DNA of 64,000 nucleotides from the IMG/VR virus record IMGVR_UViG_3300025314_000001, positions 42,686 to 106,685 of that record; one strand, written 5' to 3'. Below are positions 9,419 through 18,647 of this stretch, in pieces. Position numbers and translations under genes: made by a program. Every line of letters begins with the position of its first letter. Positions within the stretch are counted from its first letter, which is position 1. Origin of the DNA: a virus. The notes under the pieces are model-generated. The model was not told where the DNA came from and searched no databases. It worked only from the letters and a program-made list of their open reading frames with translations.

Positions 9419-10297
9419 CTAAGCGCTGAAGAGCGGTCCGCTGCTGGCGCTTCGTCGCCGGTGATACGTCTTGAACTCTGCCTGTCTCTCTTCGCGGAAT
9501 ACCGGAGACTTCAGACGCTCATTGCATTCCGGGCAGACTGGCCACGTCGCGACCAGACTCGCATCAGAGACCTTGAAGTTGTGGTCGATGTGGCCAACGA
9601 ATCGTCCCTCTGTGAACAGGTCTACCCCTCCGCAGCAAGGGCATTTTCCGCCTGACGCATAGAGATAGTCCAAGTGCAGCTTCTGGGTCAGCTTGGAAGG
9701 GTTCTTACGCTTCGCGTCGAGGCACCGGAGATTGGACTCTTTGAGTCCGTCTACGTCGGTTCTCAGCCGCGCAAGTTCATGTCCCTGCCGATGTTGCTCG
9801 TCCTGAATGGTTGCCAGAACCGGACCGATCCTTCGCGCAGTAGCTTCCCCAATCATCTCGCATGACTCGGGGGCCAGCCGGACCATGGCCTCTGATGCCT
9901 CTTGCCCAAGCTTCCCCCGTCGCACAGCTTTGAGGGTTCTAGCGAACTCCTGCCGGAGAACCTTTGCCGTGTCCGATCGGACCCGCATAATGACTAGGTA
10001 GACTGCCTCTTCTGGCAGGTAGCATTCGTCGAAGTCGTAGATTCGCTGACCATCGCTTCCTGGATGGCCGGTTCTTTGGCGTCCGGATTCTGGACGCCAA
10101 AGAACCCCGCAAATTTCACTATCTGCCTCCAGTTCTCGGACCGCAGACCGGACCTTTCGTGGCTCTCTTCCGAGCTTCTCGGCTAAGGCCGTGCCAGAGA
10201 CCCAGTACTCGACGTCTCCATCCAGTTCACGAGGCAGGAAGGCCCATCCATCACGCAGTACCAGTGCGGAGTTAGGTTCGTTCATTACGCTTCCCAA
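9419..10297 (-). CDS. Antirepressor-like N-terminus fused to an HNH-like domain
   Basis: N-terminal LAEKLG..CYLPEEAVYLVIMR..AK..RQ; coiled coil; CPCCG..GHIDH..VCPECN. Confidence 0.6.
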   Translation of the reverse strand: MGSVMNEPNSALVLRDGWAFLPRELDGDVEYWVSGTALAEKLGREPRKVRSAVRELEADSEICGVLWRPESGRQRTGHPGSDGQRIYDFDECYLPEEAVYLVIMRVRSDTAKVLRQEFARTLKAVRRGKLGQEASEAMVRLAPESCEMIGEATARRIGPVLATIQDEQHRQGHELARLRTDVDGLKESNLRCLDAKRKNPSKLTQKLHLDYLYASGGKCPCCGGVDLFTEGRFVGHIDHNFKVSDASLVATWPVCPECNERLKSPVFREERQAEFKTYHRRRSASSGPLFSA

Positions 10298-10461
10298 AAA
10301 GCCGGGCGTCCGTCGCCCGGGGTAGAATCGCCGCTATTCACCGCGTCCGTTGGGGTTCGGGCTCGGCTAGGCCAGCGGCGTGGCCCGTAGTGTTAGCGTC
10401 CCAGCCCCTGAGAGATCCTCGGCGCCAGAGTTCCTGCGCTTGAAGCGGGAACCGGCCGTGT

Positions 10462-11049
10462 CTACTCAGCAGCGTCGGCGAGCGGCTCCGGACTCGGTGC
10501 CCGGCATTCCGGTGACAAACCAAACGTGTCGTCTATTTTCGACCCCAAAAACCCGACACGAATCAGCGCAGATTGCTGGTGCTTGGTCAGCTCTGTGAGC
10601 TCCACTTGGAGCTTCCCGACCTTGTCGTCCCACGATCGTTTCTGCGACATCTGGTCCTCTAGCAGGGCCCAGATTTCTGCTAGCTCAGAGAGCTTTTGCC
10701 CCCAAGAGTTACGATGCTGCTCTAGTTTACCGATAACATCCCCAGCCCACTGGATTCCCGTCTCCAAAGACGTGCAATCTCTCTGTATCGTGTAAGTTCC
10801 CCCTGGACGTTGGTTCAACACCACAGCAACGGTTACTTTGCACTTGTTCGTGTGAATCGACATCATGCTTCGGATGTCGCCGGGGTCATATTTGTCGGAA
10901 CTCCAGTTCCAATAAGCGCTTACACCACCGTGGTTCCACGTGCATACCCTCCAGGTTCTACCTTGGTGTGCTTGCTGTTCTTCGTGGATGATGCTGTTCT
11001 CGGACATAGACTTCTCCTGTTTACCCGTCGCCAAACGGGCATGAATCAC
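10462..11049 (-). CDS. Hypothetical protein
   Basis: ORF with a C-terminal coiled coil in the late operon. Confidence 0.45.
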   Translation of the reverse strand: MIHARLATGKQEKSMSENSIIHEEQQAHQGRTWRVCTWNHGGVSAYWNWSSDKYDPGDIRSMMSIHTNKCKVTVAVVLNQRPGGTYTIQRDCTSLETGIQWAGDVIGKLEQHRNSWGQKLSELAEIWALLEDQMSQKRSWDDKVGKLQVELTELTKHQQSALIRVGFLGSKIDDTFGLSPECRAPSPEPLADAAE

Positions 11050-12287
11050 TCTCGTTTTCCCCGCGGACCCGGAGGAGGGTAGAGCCTCGGGCGGGTCGCT
11101 CCCGCGCTCGACCGGAAACGGCTGCCCCTGCCGGCGGGCTTCTGCATGTCGTTCAGCCGCTTCAGAAGCGCTTCCGGGCTGCTCTGCCGCACGCCGGGGC
11201 GAATACCCTGTGGCCCTTGCGTAACGGCCCTGATGTAACGGAGGGCGCTTCGGTCCTGGATCTGGAAGACGTTGACAGGGTTGGTCGCCGCCAGCGCGTT
11301 GCGCGCTTCCGGTGTCATCCTTCCCCGTGGAGAGCGCGCCCCAATGAGTTCTCGGAGCTCAGCCTTGATCTCGCCGTAGTCGACCTGGAGCCCCGGGAGC
11401 CGGCGCCGCATCGCCTCGGGGATGACCATGCTCACGACGGCGCACCGGCAGCGGTTGTGCAGTGGTACTTGGGCGTCTTCGTCGAATGGCTTGTCAAACG
11501 GGACCATCTGGGCATCGAGTCTCCAGCAGACCGCGCAGGTCCGACCGTCCAGGAACGCCGACCAGACCTTGAAGGTCATGGCGGTCCAGCCCCATGGGAG
11601 GCCGATGTCCGAGTCGGTGACCTCGTCGACCCGGGGTCGTGTTCGTCGGGCTGCCTCGTCCCGGAGCCGAGATATCTCGCCCCAGGCGCTTCGGTGCTCG
11701 TGGCCGTAGGCCTCGAAGGCCTGGTAGCTCGCGTGCCCCACGAGCTTGTCGGAGAGCGTTCCGCCGGCGCGCTTCAGCGCTTCCTCGAGTCGCCCCCCGT
11801 CGCGCCCCCAAAGCGAGGTCCCGAGCATCATTGCGCTCGCCCACTGCGACACCGCGGAGCCGGTGGCGATCGTTGCGGCGAGCTCGTCGACCTGTACCGC
11901 CTCCCAGACCTTGGGGGCCGCTGGGATCGTCCAGCCGAATCCCTTGGCCTTCCCGTAGGCCCCGACGATGGCCAGCTCGGACGCTACCTGACCCTGGGCG
12001 AGGTCGCGGGCCGCCATCCGGCCCCGGGTCGTAGCCTCCCAGAACTGGTCTTCGAGCTGCCCGGTCTCCTGGTGGATGGCCTGGCGAAGGAACCGCTGGG
12101 ACTCGTCGGCGTCTCGCGTCTTGGCCCGGCGCCGGTTCGCCTCGATGAGCCTCCCCGTCGCTGCCTGCGTCGCCTCGGTCATCATGCCGAGGCTGACCGC
12201 CTCAGCGGCGACGACCCGTTGAATTGCGTCCCGGTGCTGAGCCAGCAGACGCTTTCGGGTTTCCTCGCTCAGTACCTTCGGCGGCAT
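11046..12287 (-). CDS. Minor head morphogenesis protein (SPP1 gp7/Mu gpF family)
   Basis: KVWSAFLDGRTCAVC..LD and PLHNRCRC motifs; follows the portal. Alternative start at 12362. Confidence 0.8.
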   Translation of the reverse strand: MPPKVLSEETRKRLLAQHRDAIQRVVAAEAVSLGMMTEATQAATGRLIEANRRRAKTRDADESQRFLRQAIHQETGQLEDQFWEATTRGRMAARDLAQGQVASELAIVGAYGKAKGFGWTIPAAPKVWEAVQVDELAATIATGSAVSQWASAMMLGTSLWGRDGGRLEEALKRAGGTLSDKLVGHASYQAFEAYGHEHRSAWGEISRLRDEAARRTRPRVDEVTDSDIGLPWGWTAMTFKVWSAFLDGRTCAVCWRLDAQMVPFDKPFDEDAQVPLHNRCRCAVVSMVIPEAMRRRLPGLQVDYGEIKAELRELIGARSPRGRMTPEARNALAATNPVNVFQIQDRSALRYIRAVTQGPQGIRPGVRQSSPEALLKRLNDMQKPAGRGSRFRSSAGATRPRLYPPPGPRGKRE

Positions 12288-13911
12288 TTCGCGGCTTTTC
12301 CTCTTCGAGCTCTTCGTTGCCCTCTTCCGTCCCCTCTTCTCCCGCTCGGAGCGCAGCCTCACGAAGCGCGTCGGTCATGGCCTGGTTCTCGTCGATCCCT
12401 TCGTCGATTTCCTTCTGAATCTGCACCCGCGTCTCGGGCGAGCAGTGCGGGACCAGGGACAGTGCCAGACTGGTCTTGTACTCTTTTTGGAATGTGCTCG
12501 ACGGGATCGGAATCGTCTCCACCGTCAGTGCTTCATCGACCAATTCTCCGCGCTCGTTTAGCCGGAACTTCGAGCACCCGTACACGGCCCAGACGACTGC
12601 TTCTCTGCGCGCATCACTGAGACAGCTGTAGACCTCTTTGGTGGCACGGCGAACGAACTTCCCGAGCGCACCCAAGACCTTCTCGGCTGACGACGAATCC
12701 TCTTTTTTGCTCTCCCCGGAGCGTCCGACCGTGGACGCCGTGTTGGGCAGCGATAGCGCCATCGCCGTTACGGTCAGGTAGATCTCTTCCTTGAGACTTT
12801 GGAGGCTCTTGTCGGCAATACTGAAGGCGTTCCCGCTCGGACTGGCATAGCCGATCTCATCCTTGTCCCCGATGGGTACGATGCCTTTCTCAAGTAAGGC
12901 CTGTAGGGTCTTTTCTCCGCGCTTCTCGTCCTCTCCGGTGGCACTCGGAAGTGCTTCTCCGACTCCTCGGACTTCCGAACCCTGTCGATACCACGGGATT
13001 TCGATCAGATTCCTGCCTATCGCACCGAAGAGATCGGAGCGCCGCTGGAAGTGCTCTTCGGCTAACGCTCCGATCTTATTGCCCGCCCAAAGCCCATCCG
13101 GTAGCTCAAGCACTACGATCGGAATGCGATTAAACGAGGTCGTTCCCTCACCCACCTGGAACATGATCTCGTTGTCGCCGATGGGATCTCCGATCTTGTG
13201 GAGTTTTGACTCGAGCACCACGAACTTGGCAACCCCGCCCTCCATGTACCAGCACTTGAATCGGCACTTGTACTCGGTGCGCTCGTTCCAAGGGTCAAGG
13301 CGCTCGATGAGTTTGCGCATCGTGATGGCCCATAGCCACTTGCCATCATCTCCGATTCGCCAATCCAAGAGCTCTTGCTGGTCCAGTCCCTCGTCCCAGC
13401 AATACCCGCGCCCCGCCCCCGTCTTCTCTTCTTGGGCCCGGTTCGTGATCTCTGCGCCAACAGGGGGGAAGTCGAGATAGATGACGCCACGCTTGAAGAG
13501 CAGCGCCTGCGTCACGATGCGGCGCATCACTTCTGCGAAAGGGCTTCCGGCTCGGTCCGCGTCGTTTGCGAAGTCTGGCCAGAATGCCTTGTCCGGTAGC
13601 TCCCCCGGAGTGTTCGGGTCTTTGGCGTCCCCCGCTGCGGTTACCGAAAGCTCTTCCTCGAAAAGCGCCGCGACCAAGTAGTCGACGACCTGGCCAAAGT
13701 AGTTGATGTACGAGACGCGCTGAATCCGGTACTCGTAAGTCTGCTGCGTCTCGTTGATCGCTTTCTCGATGAATTTTCGCGCCTGCTCCTTGAGCTCATA
13801 CCCGCCCTTGTAGAGCAAGCGGATGCGCTGCCAGATCTCCGGCTTGTTCTCCGGATTCTGCTGCGACAGCTTCTTGAAGCCGACGCTGGAAACAGACTCG
13901 GCGAAGGCCAT
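12202..13911 (-). CDS. Portal protein
   Basis: 569 aa between TerL and the minor head gene; YINYF, RIPIV, RSGESK motifs. Confidence 0.8.
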   Translation of the reverse strand: MAFAESVSSVGFKKLSQQNPENKPEIWQRIRLLYKGGYELKEQARKFIEKAINETQQTYEYRIQRVSYINYFGQVVDYLVAALFEEELSVTAAGDAKDPNTPGELPDKAFWPDFANDADRAGSPFAEVMRRIVTQALLFKRGVIYLDFPPVGAEITNRAQEEKTGAGRGYCWDEGLDQQELLDWRIGDDGKWLWAITMRKLIERLDPWNERTEYKCRFKCWYMEGGVAKFVVLESKLHKIGDPIGDNEIMFQVGEGTTSFNRIPIVVLELPDGLWAGNKIGALAEEHFQRRSDLFGAIGRNLIEIPWYRQGSEVRGVGEALPSATGEDEKRGEKTLQALLEKGIVPIGDKDEIGYASPSGNAFSIADKSLQSLKEEIYLTVTAMALSLPNTASTVGRSGESKKEDSSSAEKVLGALGKFVRRATKEVYSCLSDARREAVVWAVYGCSKFRLNERGELVDEALTVETIPIPSSTFQKEYKTSLALSLVPHCSPETRVQIQKEIDEGIDENQAMTDALREAALRAGEEGTEEGNEELEEEKPRNAAEGTERGNPKASAGSAPGRNSTGRRR

Positions 13912-13914
13912 CGA

Positions 13915-14547
13915 TTACCACTGCACGCCGAGGCCAGTCGGGGCTCCGGTGGCGGTTCCGTTCGTCACCCCCACCGAAAGGCCCAGGGTCGTCCCGACGC
14001 CCGCAGCGCTGAACGCAACGACCTCCACCGCTGCGGCCGTCCCGTGGGCGCGCCCGGTCAGAACGTACTCGTCGATCACCACGGCTACGAAGGCGTGGGT
14101 TGTGGCCTTGCCCTCTAGTACCAAGACAGCAGCCTGAACCGCCGCGTTGATCCGAGCGGCGACCAGCGCCTGCGTATCGTCCGTCGCTAAGAACGTGACC
14201 ACAACGTCCCCGGTGTCGTAGATCGTTCCTTCGTCGAAACGAAGCGTGACCGTTTCGCCGCCGGCAAAGGTCGGCGTCGTGTCTGCGCTGCTACTCGTGA
14301 CCGTGGCTGCCGTCCCGGTCCCAACGGTCTTCCACGGCCCCATGATTCCGTTGGTGTAGCCCGCTCCCAGCGGGATCGCCTTCGTACCCCGACTATCCGT
14401 CAGGTAGATCGTCGCCTCTGAGTTCGCCCATACCAACGCCGCCGGCTTGCCGCCTCCGCCCTCGGCGACCAAGTCGAGGTCGCTGGCAAGCGACGTGTAG
14501 TACTCGGTAACGATCGGCGAAAGGGCCGCCAGAAGCTTGTTGCTCAT
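13915..14547 (-). CDS. Hypothetical virion protein
   Basis: Ala/Thr/Gly-rich beta protein with VAARINAA, between TerL and portal. Confidence 0.45.
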   Translation of the reverse strand: MSNKLLAALSPIVTEYYTSLASDLDLVAEGGGGKPAALVWANSEATIYLTDSRGTKAIPLGAGYTNGIMGPWKTVGTGTAATVTSSSADTTPTFAGGETVTLRFDEGTIYDTGDVVVTFLATDDTQALVAARINAAVQAAVLVLEGKATTHAFVAVVIDEYVLTGRAHGTAAAVEVVAFSAAGVGTTLGLSVGVTNGTATGAPTGLGVQW

Positions 14548-14551
14548 CGGT

Positions 14552-16189
14552 TCAACTCATGGTCGGCAGAAACCTAGACCGCATCGCCCGGTCACGTTCC
14601 GCCTGTTGGGTGTTGCAGAGTTCGTCGTGCAGGGCCGCCAACGCATCCACGATATCGTCGTGGTCGTCTTTCTTGGGGTCCCCGGTGAACGACAGGACCT
14701 CGTTCAGGAAGACGTCGACCCATTCGCCGTAGAGCTCAGAGTCTTCTCCGGGCACGAATATGTGTCCCCGTTTCCCTTCGATGGGTTTTCCTTCGTCGTC
14801 GGTCGGAACGTTCCAAGTGGATGAGACCGGGGTTGCGCGGACAAGCTTGTCGGCCGTCGCGCGCAGGGCTCTCAGATAGGTTCGGTTGTTGGCGTCACAG
14901 AGGTGCTTTGCGATGAACTGCGCAGTGCCCTTCTCTCCTCCGCCACCGATGTACCATCGGATGATTCCCCGGCGTTCAGTCAGCTTCGCCTTCATCGTCA
15001 GGACGAACGACGTTGCCTCGACCTGCTTTCGCTCCATCCCGACAACGTAGATGTCACTTCCGAAGATGTAGCCGCGGAGCAGCACCGACCAGTCGGATTT
15101 GGTGCCCACCGTGTAGGCGAGGTCGGCGCCGTAGGCGATCGCGTACCCGCCTTCGCTCGGGAGCCTGGTGAAGCGCTGAACTCCATTAAAGAGCGCTCCC
15201 TCGACGGTCTTGACGAGCCAGTTACCGTCGCGGAGCTGAAGGCGCCTGACGCGGTCTGGAATCGACGCAACGCGCGCCCCGTACTTCGGGTCTGCCCTCG
15301 GGTTGTCCGCGAGCATTGCCGGAATGAAGGTCCGCGAAAGTGACTTCGGTGTGCCGTCTGGGTTCAGGACCCGTTCTCGGCAGTAGACCTCGTTCCCTGC
15401 ATCATCGAGGTAGACGTGCCAGATTTCTCCGGGCTTGGCCGGAGGAAGCTGTCCAGCCTCGTCTTTGCGCTCTGTCAGTCCCTGCGCTTTGAAGTTCGGG
15501 TTGAGCCACGCCCCCCAGCGTCGGAAGACCCACTCGTGCCCGTTGCCGCCGGGGTTGGTGGTAGCCCGCACGTAGACCGGGAGTCCAGGACGACTTGATC
15601 GGTTTCGTCCAATGAGGAAGGTGTACTGCTGCTCGGTGAAGTGAGTGAGCTCATCGAAGATCAGAAGGTTGATTTCCCAACCGTCGTAGTTCTTCCAGTC
15701 GTCCTCGTTGTTGCAGTGGCTGAGACTGACCTCGGCACCGCTCGGAAACGTCCACCGATAGTGAGGGCTCTGGACCTTCGTCGCACCGGGGCACACCGCC
15801 GGGTATAAATCCCAGCTCTTGTGAATGAGGTCGTCGAGATCTTTGCTTTGGCGACGCAGGATGAGAGTCCGCATCCCCGGCAGGTGACCCCACTTGAGCG
15901 GGAACGCGACGGATGCGGCGGATTTGCCACCCCCAGCGGCCCCGCCATACAGTACCTCATCGCAATCGATGTCCCAGAAAAGCTCCTGAGGGCTTTTCCC
16001 GTTGTCGTAGGTGGGCCTGCCTTCGACGGGCGGATTCGGATTCCAGACTGCGGAGACGTCAAGCGGAACCGGGTCCGACTCTTCGTCCTCAACCGCCCGC
16101 AGTCTCGCCAGCCTCGCGCCGGCGATCGAGCTCCATGAGGTCTTCGAGGATCCCCTGGAGAATCTTTCTTGCAAGAACCCCTTTGACAT
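14552..16189 (-). CDS. terL: Terminase large subunit
   Basis: LYGGAAGGGKS, IFDELTHF, ATTNPGG, GADLA, HDDIVDA. Confidence 0.93.
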   Translation of the reverse strand: MSKGFLQERFSRGSSKTSWSSIAGARLARLRAVEDEESDPVPLDVSAVWNPNPPVEGRPTYDNGKSPQELFWDIDCDEVLYGGAAGGGKSAASVAFPLKWGHLPGMRTLILRRQSKDLDDLIHKSWDLYPAVCPGATKVQSPHYRWTFPSGAEVSLSHCNNEDDWKNYDGWEINLLIFDELTHFTEQQYTFLIGRNRSSRPGLPVYVRATTNPGGNGHEWVFRRWGAWLNPNFKAQGLTERKDEAGQLPPAKPGEIWHVYLDDAGNEVYCRERVLNPDGTPKSLSRTFIPAMLADNPRADPKYGARVASIPDRVRRLQLRDGNWLVKTVEGALFNGVQRFTRLPSEGGYAIAYGADLAYTVGTKSDWSVLLRGYIFGSDIYVVGMERKQVEATSFVLTMKAKLTERRGIIRWYIGGGGEKGTAQFIAKHLCDANNRTYLRALRATADKLVRATPVSSTWNVPTDDEGKPIEGKRGHIFVPGEDSELYGEWVDVFLNEVLSFTGDPKKDDHDDIVDALAALHDELCNTQQAERDRAMRSRFLPTMS

Positions 16190-16619
16190 GCTGGTTCAGG
16201 TGCTTTTCGACGATGTCGAGAAACTCCTCTTTCGCTTGCTTGACCTCGACATTGACCTTCTGCCCGTACTTGCCGGGCCTGGTCCGCTCAAGCAGGAAGG
16301 CCAGCGCCGTCCATTGCCCATTACGAATAAGATGTTCGTTGCCGTTGGCGTCGGTGGTGAATGCGTCTTGACCCGCTTTTTGGATGGCTTCGAGCGCCGT
16401 CTGCTCGAACATTGCCTGAGCCTGGTTGACCTTCGTGGCGAAGTCCGTGTAGGCGTTCGTTCTGCCTTCACTCAACGCCTTGTCTCCCCAGCGCTTCCAC
16501 TCGTAGATAAGCTGGCGAGACAGCCCGCATCGCTCAGCTGCTGTGGATAGCGGCATCCCCTTGTTGGCGCAGACGCAAATCTTGTTCGTGGTCTCTGTGT
16601 CGGGTTTCTGTGCTGCCAT
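16089..16619 (-). CDS. terS: Terminase small subunit
   Basis: N-terminal HTH (AAERCGLSRQLIYEW) and WTALAFLLERTRP.KYG; adjacent to TerL. Confidence 0.75.
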   Translation of the reverse strand: MAAQKPDTETTNKICVCANKGMPLSTAAERCGLSRQLIYEWKRWGDKALSEGRTNAYTDFATKVNQAQAMFEQTALEAIQKAGQDAFTTDANGNEHLIRNGQWTALAFLLERTRPGKYGQKVNVEVKQAKEEFLDIVEKHLNQHVKGVLARKILQGILEDLMELDRRREAGETAGG

Positions 16620-16622
16620 GGA

Positions 16623-17342
16623 CTATTCCGCGGCGGTCGACTCGGGCTCTCCGGCTTTGCGCATTCGGAAGATCTCACGGAGCTTGTCACCGGACTGGAA
16701 GCGGTTCGCCTCGAGTCCAAGCTCTTCCAGAAAGGCCGCCGCGTCTTCTGGCGACTTGAACACCGAGACGAAGTAGAAGTCCGTGGTGTTGTAACGAGCC
16801 CCAGCCTCGGCCGTCTTCGCAACAACCTCACGCGCTGCCCGTAGCCGGTCGGCCATTTCCTCAAGCTTTTGTGCCTCGGCGTTGTCGACCTGGTCTCCGA
16901 GCATCCGCATGACGTCGGCATCGTCGAATCCGGTAGCCTCCAGGTCGAGCCCCGGCAGCATCTCGTTGAGCTTCTCTGGATCCCAATCGCCCTGAGCGGA
17001 CCAGTTGTTCAGGAGCAGGTTCGCTTCCTTCTCCTGCTTTTCGTCAAGGTCGACTACCGCAACAGTCAGCAGATAGTCTGGCTTCGTCTCCATCTGGTCT
17101 AGAATCGAGAGCCGCTGGTGCCCGCCAACGAGGTTCCCTGTGCGCTTGTTCCACTGCACGGGCCCCAATAGTTTCAGCTTCTTGATCCCGTTGCGAAGCT
17201 TCTTTCGTGCCGCATCGCTGATGCGGCGCGGGTTGTAAGGCGCATTCTTGAGCTCACTCCGTCGCCTTACCTCACAGACGAATCCTTCGAATTGCGTCAG
17301 CGTGAGCTCTTCGAGTGAACTAGCCGAGTCCATAGAACTCAC
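16623..17342 (-). CDS. ParB/Srx N-terminal domain protein
   Basis: LKNAPYNPRRIS, WNKRTGNLVGGHQRL, EKEANLLLNN. Confidence 0.88.
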   Translation of the reverse strand: MSSMDSASSLEELTLTQFEGFVCEVRRRSELKNAPYNPRRISDAARKKLRNGIKKLKLLGPVQWNKRTGNLVGGHQRLSILDQMETKPDYLLTVAVVDLDEKQEKEANLLLNNWSAQGDWDPEKLNEMLPGLDLEATGFDDADVMRMLGDQVDNAEAQKLEEMADRLRAAREVVAKTAEAGARYNTTDFYFVSVFKSPEDAAAFLEELGLEANRFQSGDKLREIFRMRKAGEPESTAAE

Positions 17343-18003
17343 GTCGCGCCGGGACTACCCCGACGTAGGGAAAGACCTGGGCAATCCGATCGAAGTCATC
17401 AGGGTAGTTGTCAAAGAGCCACAGCAATCGAGGGATCGACAGATCAATCCCGGTCGTTTGGGTGCCCTTCTGAGCGTCTGGCAGCGGTATGTTCCGAGCC
17501 TTCAAGTACGCCAGCACGTCGAACTTGTTCCACCCGACAATCGGGCAAATCGTCTTCGTTCTCTGCGCCTTCCGCGCGTTGGATGCGCGGAACATGTAGT
17601 CGGCTCGACGCTGCCCGTTGGCTATCAGCCGAATTCCCGTGTCTTGCGCAGCCACCTCGTAGATATCCTGAATGGAGAGCTTCTCGAGGTCGCTGTATTG
17701 GTCGCGCACAGGGCAGAAGATCTCGTTCTGTAGCGACACCAAGACTTGCGGGTGAATGTACTCCCGGACCGTTACCCCCCAGCGCTCCTTCGCGTAATCC
17801 ATGAGCGGCTGACAGCACCGCAATCCAGGCAGGAACGACATGAAGAAAGCCTCCATCCGCTTGAAGGCTCTCGAACAGAGGTCGATGACAGCGAGACTGT
17901 CTTTTCCGCCTGAGTAGGCGACCAGAACAGCCTCGCTCTCATCCGCGGCTTCGCGCAGGATCCTTTCGGTCTCCTGCCATGGCCGCTCCATCGCTTTCGG
18001 CAA
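17320..18003 (-). CDS. PAPS-reductase/DndC-like PP-loop ATPase
   Basis: VAYSGGKDS PP-loop, GQRRAD..R, CPIVGW. Start may be the ATG at 17991. Confidence 0.85.
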   Translation of the reverse strand: MPKAMERPWQETERILREAADESEAVLVAYSGGKDSLAVIDLCSRAFKRMEAFFMSFLPGLRCCQPLMDYAKERWGVTVREYIHPQVLVSLQNEIFCPVRDQYSDLEKLSIQDIYEVAAQDTGIRLIANGQRRADYMFRASNARKAQRTKTICPIVGWNKFDVLAYLKARNIPLPDAQKGTQTTGIDLSIPRLLWLFDNYPDDFDRIAQVFPYVGVVPARREFYGLG

Positions 18004-18005
18004 GT

Positions 18006-18119
18006 TCAGCCTGCGGAACTGCCCACGCCGGGCGTAAAGCGGATCGCTCCGCCGCCAGATGCCTTACTGAACCTCACGGGCGCCTTTCGCACGGGAGCCT
18101 TCTTTTTTCGAGCTGCCAT
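18006..18119 (-). CDS. 37-aa basic peptide ending RFTPGVGSSAG
   Basis: MAARKKKAPVRKAPVRFSKASGGGAIRFTPGVGSSAG; GGAGGT RBS. Not in the ORF track. Confidence 0.75.
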   Translation of the reverse strand: MAARKKKAPVRKAPVRFSKASGGGAIRFTPGVGSSAG

Positions 18120-18229
18120 TGTTCAACCTCCGGAGGGTTGTTGTTGTCGAACGCCGGACGACCCGGCGAGTCGTCTGTTCACCCAGCAGAACTACCAGCG
18201 CCGGGCGTAAAGCGGATCGCTCCGCCGCC
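18026..18229. repeat. 31-bp direct repeat (18026-18056 and 18199-18229)
   Basis: CGCCGGGCGTAAAGCGGATCGCTCCGCCGCC occurs twice, encoding the shared peptide tail. Confidence 0.95.
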
Positions 18230-18340
18230 GGCTGCTTTACTGAAACGCGCCGGGGACTTCCTACTCTCCCGACGCAATTTGGACTTCACGTCGTAGGGTC
18301 CACCCTTGCGGGTGTAGCTGGGTAGCTTTGCTGATGCCAT
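18179..18340 (-). CDS. 53-aa basic peptide ending RFTPGAGSSAG
   Basis: MASAKLPSYTRKGGPYDVKSKLRRESRKSPARFSKAAGGGAIRFTPGAGSSAG; GAGGTG RBS. Confidence 0.75.
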   Translation of the reverse strand: MASAKLPSYTRKGGPYDVKSKLRRESRKSPARFSKAAGGGAIRFTPGAGSSAG

Positions 18341-18425
18341 TTGTCACCTCTCAAAGTTCGGTGTTGACCTGGTGTCGTGATGTCCCCGCGCGCGCGTAGG
18401 CGTCGGTCGCTGATCGGGTGTAAGG

Positions 18426-18518
18426 CTACTTCCCCTTACCTTTTCCCTTGCCCTTGCCGCCCTTGGGCATCTTCGGACCGCCGTTTCCCTTACCTTTGCC
18501 TTTTCCGCCGCATCCCAT
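18426..18518 (-). CDS. 30-aa Gly/Lys peptide
   Basis: MGCGGKGKGKGNGGPKMPKGGKGKGKGKGK; AGGAGA RBS; varied synonymous codons. Confidence 0.6.
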   Translation of the reverse strand: MGCGGKGKGKGNGGPKMPKGGKGKGKGKGK

Positions 18519-18572
18519 GATGGTTTTCTCCTGTTGCTGCCGCCGGACGGCGGCTTGAAGTCTTCGAATCTA

Positions 18573-18647
18573 GGCCCGGAGGCGGGAGTCGAACCGCGCT
18601 GCTTCCGGGGTATGAACCTCAGTGCCCTTCCGTTGGGCCACTCCGCA
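18573..18647 (-). tRNA. Degenerate tRNA with CAT anticodon (Met/Ile2-like, possibly pseudo)
   Basis: TGCGGAG-TG-GCCC AACGGAA GGGC...TTCATAC...GGTTCGACTCC..CTCCGGG. D arm is good; acceptor, anticodon and T stems have mismatches; no CCA. Confidence 0.6.

Noticed and set aside
11217-12620. Long antisense/alternate-frame ORFs (e.g. 11217-12620, 48345-49430, 18344-18985)
   Set aside because: Shadow ORFs of GC-rich coding or structured regions, Arg/Pro/Gly-rich with no recognisable motifs.
14622-14634. 13-nt match (TCGTCGTGCAGGG) between the interior of spacer 3 and terL
   Set aside because: Internal to the spacer with non-matching flanks; expected by chance in GC-rich DNA.
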